Below are positions 51,245-64,000 of a stretch of 64,000 nucleotides of DNA, in pieces. The notes beneath the pieces were generated by a model. It was not told the origin of the DNA. It saw only the letters and a program-made list of their open reading frames with translations, and searched no databases. This DNA is from Escherichia coli (GTDB lineage Bacteria > Pseudomonadota > Gammaproteobacteria > Enterobacterales > Enterobacteriaceae). Positions within the stretch are counted from its first letter, which is position 1, and each line of letters starts with the position of its first letter. The stretch is from assembly GCF_046105845.1 (NCBI RefSeq), contig NZ_CP151004.1, one strand, 5' to 3'. Made by a program: the position numbers and the translations under genes.

Positions 51245-51874
51245 ATGACAGGTAAGAAGCGTTCTGCCAGCTCCAGCCGCTGGCTTCAGGAACACTTTAG
51301 CGATAAATATGTTCAACAGGCACAGAAAAAGGGGTTACGTTCCCGTGCCTGGTTTAAACTTGATGAAATACAGCAAAGTGACAAACTCTTTAAACCGGGA
51401 ATGACGGTTGTCGACCTTGGTGCTGCCCCGGGTGGTTGGTCACAATATGTGGTCACCCAAATTGGCGGCAAAGGCCGCATCATCGCTTGCGATCTTTTAC
51501 CTATGGATCCTATCGTTGGTGTGGACTTTCTTCAGGGCGATTTTCGTGATGAACTGGTGATGAAAGCACTGCTGGAGCGCGTTGGCGACAGCAAAGTCCA
51601 GGTTGTCATGTCCGATATGGCACCAAACATGAGCGGAACACCGGCGGTGGATATCCCCCGTGCCATGTATCTGGTGGAACTGGCGCTAGAAATGTGTCGT
51701 GATGTATTAGCGCCAGGTGGCAGTTTTGTAGTGAAGGTGTTCCAGGGCGAAGGTTTCGATGAGTATCTAAGGGAAATTCGCTCCCTGTTTACGAAGGTCA
51801 AAGTTCGTAAGCCGGACTCTTCTCGTGCACGTTCGCGGGAAGTGTATATTGTAGCGACCGGGCGTAAACCCTAA
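51245..51874 (+). CDS. rlmE: 23S rRNA 2'-O-ribose U2552 methyltransferase
   Basis: 209-aa ORF with SAM-binding motif [11 protein letters not shown]. Confidence 0.95.
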
Positions 51875-51973
51875 CCGGGAGATTTCAGACGAAAGTTTGA
51901 AAGATGCTGGATATAGAGTATCCTGACGCTGTTTTTAACACAGTTGTAATAAGAGGTTAATCCCTTGAGTGAC

Positions 51974-53908
51974 ATGGCGAAAAACCTAATACTCTGGCTG
52001 GTCATTGCCGTTGTGCTGATGTCAGTATTCCAGAGCTTTGGGCCCAGCGAGTCTAATGGCCGTAAGGTGGATTACTCTACCTTCCTACAAGAGGTCAATA
52101 ACGACCAGGTTCGTGAAGCGCGTATCAACGGACGTGAAATCAACGTTACCAAGAAAGATAGTAACCGTTATACCACTTACATTCCGGTTCAGGATCCGAA
52201 ATTACTGGATAACCTGTTGACCAAGAACGTCAAGGTTGTCGGTGAACCGCCTGAAGAACCAAGCCTGCTGGCTTCTATCTTCATCTCCTGGTTCCCGATG
52301 CTGTTGCTGATTGGTGTCTGGATCTTCTTCATGCGTCAAATGCAGGGCGGCGGTGGCAAAGGTGCCATGTCGTTTGGTAAGAGCAAAGCGCGCATGCTGA
52401 CGGAAGATCAGATCAAAACGACCTTTGCTGACGTTGCGGGCTGCGACGAAGCAAAAGAAGAAGTTGCTGAACTGGTTGAGTATCTGCGCGAGCCGAGCCG
52501 CTTCCAGAAACTCGGCGGTAAGATCCCAAAAGGCGTCCTGATGGTCGGTCCTCCGGGTACCGGTAAAACGCTGCTGGCGAAAGCGATTGCAGGCGAAGCG
52601 AAAGTTCCGTTCTTTACTATCTCCGGTTCTGACTTCGTAGAAATGTTCGTCGGTGTGGGTGCATCCCGTGTTCGTGACATGTTCGAACAGGCGAAGAAAG
52701 CGGCACCGTGCATCATCTTTATCGATGAAATCGACGCCGTAGGCCGCCAGCGTGGCGCTGGTCTGGGCGGTGGTCACGATGAACGTGAACAGACTCTGAA
52801 CCAGATGCTGGTTGAGATGGATGGCTTCGAAGGTAACGAAGGTATCATCGTTATCGCCGCGACTAACCGTCCGGACGTTCTTGACCCGGCGCTGCTGCGT
52901 CCTGGCCGTTTCGACCGTCAGGTTGTGGTTGGCTTGCCAGATGTTCGCGGTCGTGAGCAGATCCTGAAAGTTCACATGCGTCGCGTACCATTGGCACCCG
53001 ATATCGACGCGGCAATCATTGCCCGTGGTACTCCTGGTTTCTCCGGTGCTGACCTGGCGAACCTGGTGAACGAAGCGGCACTGTTCGCTGCTCGTGGCAA
53101 CAAACGCGTTGTGTCGATGGTTGAGTTCGAGAAAGCGAAAGACAAAATCATGATGGGTGCGGAACGTCGCTCCATGGTGATGACGGAAGCGCAGAAAGAA
53201 TCGACGGCTTACCACGAAGCGGGTCACGCGATTATCGGTCGCCTGGTGCCGGAACACGATCCGGTGCACAAAGTGACGATTATCCCACGCGGTCGTGCGC
53301 TGGGTGTAACTTTCTTCTTGCCTGAGGGCGACGCAATCAGCGCCAGCCGTCAGAAACTGGAAAGCCAGATTTCTACGCTGTACGGTGGTCGTCTGGCAGA
53401 AGAGATCATCTACGGGCCGGAACATGTTTCTACCGGTGCGTCCAACGATATTAAAGTTGCGACCAACCTGGCACGTAACATGGTGACTCAGTGGGGCTTC
53501 TCTGAGAAATTGGGTCCACTGCTGTACGCGGAAGAAGAAGGTGAAGTGTTCCTCGGCCGTAGCGTAGCGAAAGCGAAACATATGTCTGATGAAACTGCAC
53601 GTATCATCGACCAGGAAGTGAAAGCACTGATTGAGCGTAACTATAATCGTGCGCGTCAGCTTCTGACCGACAATATGGATATTCTGCATGCGATGAAAGA
53701 TGCTCTCATGAAATATGAGACTATCGACGCACCGCAGATTGATGACCTGATGGCACGTCGCGATGTACGTCCGCCAGCGGGCTGGGAAGAACCAGGCGCT
53801 TCTAACAATTCTGGCGACAATGGTAGTCCAAAGGCTCCTCGTCCGGTTGATGAACCGCGTACGCCGAACCCGGGTAACACCATGTCAGAGCAGTTAGGCG
53901 ACAAGTAA
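51974..53908 (+). CDS. ftsH: ATP-dependent zinc metalloprotease FtsH
   Basis: Start at [14 protein letters not shown] gives 644 aa; Walker A GPPGTGKT, zinc site HEAGH. Confidence 0.95.
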
Positions 53909-53940
53909 GTTCCCGCATCAGATGACTGTATTTGTACCAA

Positions 53941-53970
53941 AAACCCCGGGGCGTGCTCCGGGGTTTTTTC
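53941..53970 (+). terminator. Intrinsic terminator after ftsH
   Basis: ccccgg...ccgggg stem followed by T6 run. Confidence 0.8.
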
Positions 53971-53997
53971 TTATCAATTCATACCAGGGATAACATT

Positions 53998-54846
53998 ATG
54001 AAACTCTTTGCCCAGGGTACTTCACTGGACCTTAGCCATCCTCACGTAATGGGGATCCTCAACGTCACGCCTGATTCCTTTTCGGATGGTGGCACGCATA
54101 ACTCGCTGATAGATGCGGTGAAACATGCGAATCTGATGATCAACGCTGGCGCGACGATCATTGACGTTGGTGGCGAGTCCACACGTCCAGGGGCGGCGGA
54201 AGTTAGCGTTGAAGAAGAGTTACAACGTGTTATTCCTGTGGTTGAGGCAATTGCTCAACGCTTCGAAGTCTGGATCTCGGTAGATACATCCAAACCAGAA
54301 GTCATCCGTGAGTCAGCGAAAGTTGGCGCTCACATTATTAACGATATCCGCTCCCTTTCCGAACCTGGCGCTCTGGAGGCGGCTGCAGAAACCGGTTTAC
54401 CGGTTTGTCTGATGCATATGCAGGGAAATCCAAAAACTATGCAGGAAGCCCCGAAGTATGACGATGTCTTTGCAGAAGTGAATCGCTACTTTATTGAGCA
54501 AATAGCACGTTGCGAGCAGGCGGGTATCGCAAAAGAGAAATTGTTGCTCGACCCCGGATTCGGTTTCGGTAAAAATCTCTCCCATAACTATTCATTACTG
54601 GCGCGCCTGGCTGAATTTCACCATTTCAACCTGCCGCTGTTGGTGGGTATGTCACGAAAATCGATGATTGGGCAGCTGCTGAACGTGGGGCCGTCCGAGC
54701 GCCTGAGCGGTAGTCTGGCCTGTGCGGTCATTGCCGCAATGCAAGGCGCGCACATCATTCGTGTTCATGACGTCAAAGAAACCGTAGAAGCGATGCGGGT
54801 GGTGGAAGCCACTCTGTCTGCAAAGGAAAACAAACGCTATGAGTAA
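53998..54846 (+). CDS. folP: Dihydropteroate synthase
   Basis: Start at [12 protein letters not shown] gives 282 aa; the track ORF start would overlap the ftsH terminator. Confidence 0.93.
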
Positions 54847-56176
54847 TCGTAAATATTTCGGTACCGATGGGATTCGTGGTCGTGTAGGGGATGCGCCGAT
54901 CACACCTGATTTTGTGCTTAAGCTGGGTTGGGCCGCGGGTAAAGTGTTGGCGCGCCACGGCTCCCGTAAGATCATTATTGGTAAAGACACGCGTATTTCT
55001 GGCTATATGCTGGAGTCAGCACTGGAAGCGGGTCTGGCGGCTGCCGGTCTTTCCGCGCTCTTCACTGGCCCGATGCCAACACCGGCCGTGGCTTATCTGA
55101 CGCGGACTTTCCGCGCAGAGGCTGGGATTGTGATATCTGCATCGCATAACCCGTTCTACGATAATGGCATTAAATTTTTCTCTATCGACGGCACCAAACT
55201 GCCGGATGCAGTTGAAGAGGCCATCGAAGCGGAAATGGAAAAAGAGATCAGCTGCGTTGATTCGGCAGAACTGGGTAAAGCCAGCCGTATCGTTGATGCT
55301 GCGGGTCGCTATATCGAGTTTTGCAAAGCCACGTTCCCGAACGAACTTAGCCTCAGTGAACTGAAGATTGTGGTGGATTGTGCAAACGGTGCGACTTATC
55401 ACATCGCGCCGAACGTGCTGCGTGAACTGGGGGCGAACGTTATCGCTATCGGTTGTGAGCCGAACGGTGTAAACATCAATGCCGAAGTGGGGGCTACCGA
55501 CGTTCGCGCTCTCCAGGCTCGTGTGCTGGCTGAAAAAGCGGATCTCGGTATTGCCTTCGACGGCGACGGCGATCGCGTGATTATGGTTGACCATGAAGGC
55601 AATAAAGTCGATGGCGATCAGATCATGTATATCATCGCGCGTGAAGGTCTTCGTCAGGGCCAGCTGCGTGGTGGCGCTGTGGGTACATTGATGAGCAACA
55701 TGGGGCTTGAACTGGCGCTGAAACAGTTAGGAATTCCATTTGCGCGCGCGAAAGTGGGTGACCGCTACGTACTGGAAAAAATGCAGGAGAAAGGCTGGCG
55801 TATCGGTGCAGAGAATTCCGGTCATGTGATCCTGCTGGATAAAACCACTACCGGTGACGGCATCGTTGCTGGCTTGCAGGTGCTGGCGGCGATGGCACGT
55901 AACCATATGAGCCTGCACGACCTTTGCAGCGGCATGAAAATGTTCCCGCAGATTCTGGTTAACGTGCGTTACACCGCAGGTAGCGGCGATCCGCTTGAGC
56001 ATGAGTCAGTTAAAGCCGTGACCGCAGAGGTTGAAGCTGCGCTGGGCAACCGTGGACGCGTTTTGCTGCGTAAATCTGGCACCGAGCCGTTAATTCGCGT
56101 GATGGTAGAAGGTGAAGACGAAGCGCAGGTAACTGAATTTGCACACCGTATCGCCGATGCAGTAAAAGCCGTTTAA
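54839..56176 (+). CDS. glmM: Phosphoglucosamine mutase
   Basis: 445-aa ORF with active-site Ser motif SASHNP; 8-nt overlap with folP. Confidence 0.95.
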
Positions 56177-56403
56177 AGCGTTAGATAACTGGCTAAAAAG
56201 GCGGCGATTGTCGCCTTTTTTCTCGGCGAACACATCTATTTTGCTGTTTTTTTCCGCAGTTGATACAATGTGATAAAATTGCCCTTGCGAAGGTCATTCG
56301 CTTTGGTTAGTATTCACACCCGCTTCAGTGGGAAAGATTAAAAACTCCCGCTTTATTGGTTGAAGCATTGGTACGCGGCAACTCCGCAAGGAACAGGTTG
56401 ATT

Positions 56404-56736
56404 ATGTACGAAGCTCTTTTGGTAGTTTTCCTTATTGTGGCAATTGGCCTTGTTGGTCTGATCATGCTGCAGCAAGGTAAAGGCGCTGATATGGGAGCCT
56501 CCTTCGGAGCAGGCGCTTCCGCTACGCTGTTTGGTTCAAGTGGTTCTGGTAACTTCATGACCCGCATGACGGCGCTGCTGGCAACGTTATTCTTCATCAT
56601 CAGTCTGGTGCTGGGTAACATCAATAGCAACAAAACCAATAAAGGTAGCGAATGGGAAAACCTGAGTGCGCCGGCCAAAACCGAACAAACTCAGCCAGCT
56701 GCTCCGGCTAAGCCGACCAGCGATATCCCGAACTAA
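56404..56736 (+). CDS. secG: Protein translocase subunit SecG
   Basis: Start at MYEALLVVFLIVAIGL gives 110 aa. Confidence 0.93.
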   Translation: MYEALLVVFLIVAIGLVGLIMLQQGKGADMGASFGAGASATLFGSSGSGNFMTRMTALLATLFFIISLVLGNINSNKTNKGSEWENLSAPAKTEQTQPAAPAKPTSDIPN

Positions 56737-56750
56737 AAAGTAGTATCCGT

Positions 56751-56837
56751 GCCGAGGTGGTGGAATTGGTAGACACGCTACCTTGAGGTGGTAGTGCCCA
56801 ATAGGGCTTACGGGTTCAAGTCCCGTCCTCGGTACCA
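56751..56837 (+). tRNA. leuU: tRNA-Leu
   Basis: 87-nt sequence GCCGAGGTGGTGGAATTGGTAGACACGCTACCTTGAGGTGGTAG...GGTTCAAGTCCCGTCCTCGGTACCA with long variable arm, ending in CCA. Confidence 0.93.
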
Positions 56838-56845
56838 AATTCCAG

Positions 56846-56875
56846 AAAAGAGACGCTGAAAAGCGTCTTTTTTCG
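56846..56875 (+). terminator. Intrinsic terminator after secG-leuU
   Basis: agacgct/agcgtct stem with gaaa loop followed by T6 run. Confidence 0.85.
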
Positions 56876-57293
56876 TTTTGGTCCTGGTCTGAGGAATGGT
56901 TGTCAGGTATCTGTATCTCGTCCAGTTGCTTTACTCGTAGCTGGTACTTTGAAACGATGGTGCCGGTACGCCTTAGTTATAAACTTTTCCCTTCTGCTGA
57001 CATAATTGGCACTTTATTGTGTCAACTCCAGTTCCGGTACGAATACGGATATGTTTACTTCTCGATAAACCATCCTGCTCCTGTCAGTATAACTACTGAT
57101 GGCTACGTTCTGCGTAATGTTTAGAGACGCATTGATAATGTTATTTAATTACTGAGAACAATGGCCGCATCATTTAAAAAGAAAAAACTAACAGTGTTTC
57201 GGTCTGATATGGATCAGAGTTGAAAAACATGTCTGATATAAAATTGAACATTGTTGATAATTGTTTATATTGGTTGTGAACTTGGATTTCTGG

Positions 57294-58919
57294 ATGACAG
57301 TATTCAACAAATTTGTTAGAAGTTTTAAATCTCATTGGTTGTTGTATCTTTGTGTTATTGTTTTTGGTATTACGAACTTAGTCGCCTCTTCCGGAGCGCA
57401 TATGGTTCAGCGATTGCTGTTCTTCGTTCTGACCATCCTGGTTGTTAAACGTATATCATCCCTTCCGCTTCGCCTGCTTGTTGCCGCACCATTTGTGTTA
57501 CTGACAGCGGCAGACATGAGTATTAGCCTCTATTCATGGTGTACCTTTGGTACAACTTTCAATGATGGATTTGCGATTAGCGTGCTGCAGAGTGATCCGG
57601 ATGAAGTTGTCAAAATGCTGGGGATGTATATCCCTTATCTATGTGCTTTTGCCTTTTTATCCCTTCTTTTTTTTGCAGTAATAATAAAATATGATGTTTC
57701 CTTGCCGACGAAAAAAGTGACAGGAATATTATTGCTGATTGTCATTTCGGGCAGTTTATTTTCCGCTTGTCAATTTGCTTATAAAGATGCAAAAAATAAA
57801 AAAGCGTTCAGTCCATATATACTAGCGTCGCGATTTGCTACCTATACACCGTTTTTCAATCTCAATTATTTTGCTTTAGCAGCGAAAGAGCATCAAAGAT
57901 TACTCTCAATTGCAAACACGGTGCCGTATTTTCAATTATCAGTCAGGGATACAGGTATTGATACCTACGTGTTGATTGTGGGGGAGTCTGTACGTGTCGA
58001 CAATATGTCTTTGTATGGATATACACGCTCTACGACACCGCAAGTCGAAGCACAAAGAAAACAGATCAAACTGTTTAATCAAGCAATAAGCGGTGCACCT
58101 TACACTGCGCTGTCGGTTCCCCTTTCTTTAACTGCTGATTCTGTTTTGAGTCATGACATTCATAATTACCCGGACAACATTATTAATATGGCTAATCAAG
58201 CAGGATTTCAGACTTTCTGGCTAAGCTCGCAATCCGCTTTTCGGCAGAATGGTACAGCAGTTTCCAGTATCGCCATGCGCGCCATGGAAACAGTCTATGT
58301 CAGAGGATTTGATGAATTGTTGTTGCCGCATTTATCGCAAGCGTTACAGCAAAAGACGCAGCAAAAGAAATTGATTGTTCTTCATTTAAATGGAAGCCAT
58401 GAACCGGCTTGTAGCGCCTATCCGCAATCCAGCGCCGTGTTTCAACCGCAGGACGATCAGGATGCCTGCTATGACAACTCCATTCATTACACAGATAGTT
58501 TGCTAGGTCAGGTTTTTGAATTATTAAAAGATCGCCGCGCCTCGGTCATGTATTTTGCCGATCACGGCCTGGAACGCGACCCTACGAAGAAGAACGTCTA
58601 TTTTCATGGAGGCAGGGAGGCCAGCCAGCAGGCATATCATGTCCCGATGTTTATCTGGTATAGCCCCGTTCTTGGGGATGGCGTTGATCGTACAACGGAA
58701 AACGATATCTTTTCCACTGCGTACAATAATTACCTTATTAATGCGTGGATGGGGGTAACAAAGCCGGAACAGCCGCAAACGCTGGAGGAAGTGATTGCAC
58801 ACTATAAAGGAGACTCACGGGTTGTAGATGCAAACCATGATGTTTTCGATTTTGTGATGCTAAGAAAGGAGTTTACTGAGGATATGCAAGGTAACCCCAC
58901 CCCTGAAGGGCAGGGTTGA
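57294..58919 (+). CDS. yhbX: Phosphoethanolamine transferase-family membrane protein YhbX
   Basis: Start at MTVFNKFVRSF gives 541 aa; N-terminal TM segments plus sulfatase-like domain; AT-rich gene. Confidence 0.85.
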   Translation: MTVFNKFVRSFKSHWLLYLCVIVFGITNLVASSGAHMVQRLLFFVLTILVVKRISSLPLRLLVAAPFVLLTAADMSISLYSWCTFGTTFNDGFAISVLQSDPDEVVKMLGMYIPYLCAFAFLSLLFFAVIIKYDVSLPTKKVTGILLLIVISGSLFSACQFAYKDAKNKKAFSPYILASRFATYTPFFNLNYFALAAKEHQRLLSIANTVPYFQLSVRDTGIDTYVLIVGESVRVDNMSLYGYTRSTTPQVEAQRKQIKLFNQAISGAPYTALSVPLSLTADSVLSHDIHNYPDNIINMANQAGFQTFWLSSQSAFRQNGTAVSSIAMRAMETVYVRGFDELLLPHLSQALQQKTQQKKLIVLHLNGSHEPACSAYPQSSAVFQPQDDQDACYDNSIHYTDSLLGQVFELLKDRRASVMYFADHGLERDPTKKNVYFHGGREASQQAYHVPMFIWYSPVLGDGVDRTTENDIFSTAYNNYLINAWMGVTKPEQPQTLEEVIAHYKGDSRVVDANHDVFDFVMLRKEFTEDMQGNPTPEGQG

Positions 58920-58926
58920 TGTCGAA

Positions 58927-60285
<1,359 letters not shown>

Positions 60286-60321
60286 TTAATTAACTGATGA
60301 TGAGCCTGGATTTCCGCTCTC

Positions 60322-60359
60322 ACTGAATTTTTATGCAAAATAAATGAGTTTTCATTTAA
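60322..60359. promoter_or_regulatory. Tandem ARG boxes (ArgR operator) upstream of argG
   Basis: actgaatttttatgcaaa and aatgagttttcattt, 50-90 nt upstream of argG start; resemble the TGAAT-AT-rich-ATTCA ARG box palindrome. Confidence 0.6.
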
Positions 60360-60617
60360 TCATCTTTTATCGGAGACAGGAAGAGTTTAGTGTGTTTTTT
60401 GTAAAATAATGCGCTTAAGGGAGAGCAGGAGAAGGCAAAAGTATTCAACAAATGAAAGTGAACTGGATATTCATTCACGTGATTAGCAATAAACGTTGAC
60501 AAAATGTGGCATGGATCACTATAATGCCTGCAGATTTTACGTCCCGTCTCGGTACACCAAATCCCAGCAGTATTTGCATTTTTTACCCAAAACGAGTAGA
60601 ATTTGCCACGTTTCAGG

Positions 60618-60694
<77 letters not shown>

Positions 60695-60817
60695 CTTTCC
60701 CTTAGAGTCCTTTTTCAAATATACTGTGAAGACTTCGGCCTTCGTAGTGGGATTTGAAAAAATCCTTCTGGAAAGTGCTCCAGACCGCAGTTGCGGTTAT
60801 AGGGTTCAGTTATATAA

Positions 60818-60843
60818 AGCCCCGATTTATCGGGGTTTTTTGT
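60818..60843 (+). terminator. Partial terminator between metY and rimP
   Basis: agccccga/tcggggtt hairpin followed by T-run. Confidence 0.7.
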
Positions 60844-60900
60844 TATCTGACTACAGAATAACTGGGCTTTAGGCCCTTTTTTTATGTCTTGGGGGTGGGC

Positions 60901-61353
60901 TTGTCCACATTAGAGCAAAAATTAACAGAGATGATTACTGCGCCAGTTGAGGCCCTGGGTTTTGAACTGGTTGGCATCGAATTTATTCGCGGTCGCACAT
61001 CCACACTGCGCATCTATATTGATAGTGAAGATGGCATCAATGTTGATGATTGTGCTGATGTGAGCCACCAGGTAAGTGCTGTGCTGGATGTTGAAGATCC
61101 CATCACCGTTGCTTATAACCTGGAAGTCTCCTCACCGGGTCTCGATCGCCCACTGTTCACGGCTGAACACTACGCCCGTTTCGTCGGAGAAGAGGTGACT
61201 CTGGTTCTCCGCATGGCGGTACAAAACCGTCGTAAATGGCAGGGCGTTATCAAAGCGGTAGACGGTGAAATGATCACAGTTACCGTCGAAGGTAAAGATG
61301 AAGTGTTCGCGCTGAGTAATATCCAGAAGGCGAACCTGGTTCCCCACTTTTAA
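60901..61353 (+). CDS. rimP: Ribosome maturation factor RimP
   Basis: Track ORF begins at TTG 60889; recognised RimP N-terminus (M)[27 protein letters not shown] begins at TTG 60901, giving 150 aa. Confidence 0.85.
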
Positions 61354-61380
61354 TAGTCTGGATGAGGTGAAAAGCCCGCG

Positions 61381-62868
<1,488 letters not shown>

Positions 62869-62892
62869 TAAACTGTAGCAGGAAGGAACAGC

Positions 62893-64000
62893 ATGACAGA
62901 TGTAACGATTAAAACGCTGGCCGCAGAGCGACAGACCTCCGTGGAACGCCTGGTACAGCAATTTGCTGATGCAGGTATCCGGAAGTCTGCTGACGACTCT
63001 GTGTCTGCACAAGAGAAACAGACTTTGATTGACCACCTGAATCAGAAAAATTCAGGCCCGGACAAATTGACGCTGCAACGTAAAACACGCAGCACCCTTA
63101 ACATTCCTGGTACCGGTGGAAAAAGCAAATCGGTACAAATCGAAGTCCGCAAGAAACGCACCTTTGTGAAACGCGATCCGCAAGAGGCTGAACGCCTTGC
63201 TGCGGAAGAGCAAGCGCAGCGTGAAGCGGAAGAGCAAGCCCGTCGTGAGGCAGAAGAATCGGCTAAACGCGAGGCGCAACAAAAAGCTGAACGTGAGGCC
63301 GCAGAACAAGCTAAGCGTGAAGCTGCTGAACAAGCGAAACGTGAAGCTGCGGAAAAAGACAAAGTGAGCAATCAACAAGACGATATGACTAAAAACGCCC
63401 AGGCTGAAAAAGCCCGCCGTGAGCAGGAAGCTGCAGAGCTCAAGCGTAAAGCCGAAGAAGAAGCGCGTCGTAAACTCGAAGAAGAAGCACGTCGCGTTGC
63501 TGAAGAAGCACGTCGTATGGCGGAAGAAAACAAATGGACTGATAACGCGGAACCGACTGAAGATTCCAGCGATTATCACGTCACTACTTCTCAACATGCT
63601 CGCCAGGCAGAAGACGAAAGCGATCGTGAAGTCGAAGGCGGCCGTGGCCGTGGTCGTAACGCGAAAGCTGCGCGTCCGAAGAAAGGCAACAAACACGCTG
63701 AATCAAAAGCTGATCGTGAAGAAGCACGCGCAGCAGTACGTGGCGGTAAGGGCGGAAAACGTAAAGGTTCTTCGCTGCAGCAAGGCTTCCAGAAGCCTGC
63801 TCAGGCCGTTAACCGTGACGTTGTGATCGGCGAAACCATCACCGTTGGCGAACTGGCGAACAAGATGGCGGTTAAAGGCTCTCAGGTCATCAAAGCGATG
63901 ATGAAACTGGGCGCAATGGCAACCATCAACCAGGTTATCGATCAGGAAACCGCACAGCTGGTTGCTGAAGAGATGGGCCACAAAGTTATCCTGCGTCGTG
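62893..64000 (+). CDS. infB: Translation initiation factor IF-2 (5' part, runs off window end)
   Basis: ATG at 62893 with GGAAGGA SD; [29 protein letters not shown]... with charged repeat region; absent from the track because no stop lies in the window. Confidence 0.93.

Noticed and set aside
52202-53689. 495-aa minus-strand ORF
   Set aside because: Lies entirely antisense within ftsH; no independent signal; shadow ORF.
63052-63696. 214-aa and 109-aa minus-strand ORFs
   Set aside because: Antisense to the repetitive infB N-terminal region; low-complexity translation.

Overview
This window reads as an Escherichia coli-type chromosomal segment (K-12 rplM to infB region, reverse orientation), almost entirely conserved core genes, with one accessory insertion. 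Identities come from my recall of E. coli protein sequences and gene order applied to the ORF track; no database search or computed statistic was available. Core content in order: rplM-rpsI, sspAB, dcuD, nanR and nanATEK-yhcH, gltBD, yhcC, arcB with the ArcZ sRNA at its 3' end, elbB-mtgA, yrbL, the rpoN-hpf-ptsN-rapZ-npr cluster, lptCAB, kdsDC, yrbG, mlaFEDCB, ibaG-murA, sfsB, ispB, rplU-rpmA, yhbE, obgE, dacB, greA, yhbY, rlmE-ftsH, folP-glmM, secG-leuU, yhbX, argG, metY-rimP-nusA and the 5' part of infB. The candidate novel system lies at about 9.8-18.4 kb. Where K-12 carries gltF-yhcADEF-yhcG between gltD and yhcH, this window has a GC-rich five-gene minus-strand operon: a SWIM zinc-finger protein, a 534-aa unknown protein, a MoxR-like AAA+ ATPase, a 749-aa unknown protein and a CoxE-like VWA protein. 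The genes are linked by overlapping stop/start codons and the operon ends in an intrinsic terminator. Next to it are a truncated DUF1016 (YhcG-like) fragment and an AT-rich orphan ORF. The architecture resembles the uncharacterised yehLMPQ-type AAA/VWA/SWIM module but in a different order; its function is unknown. No CRISPR array, IS element, integrase or rRNA was seen.
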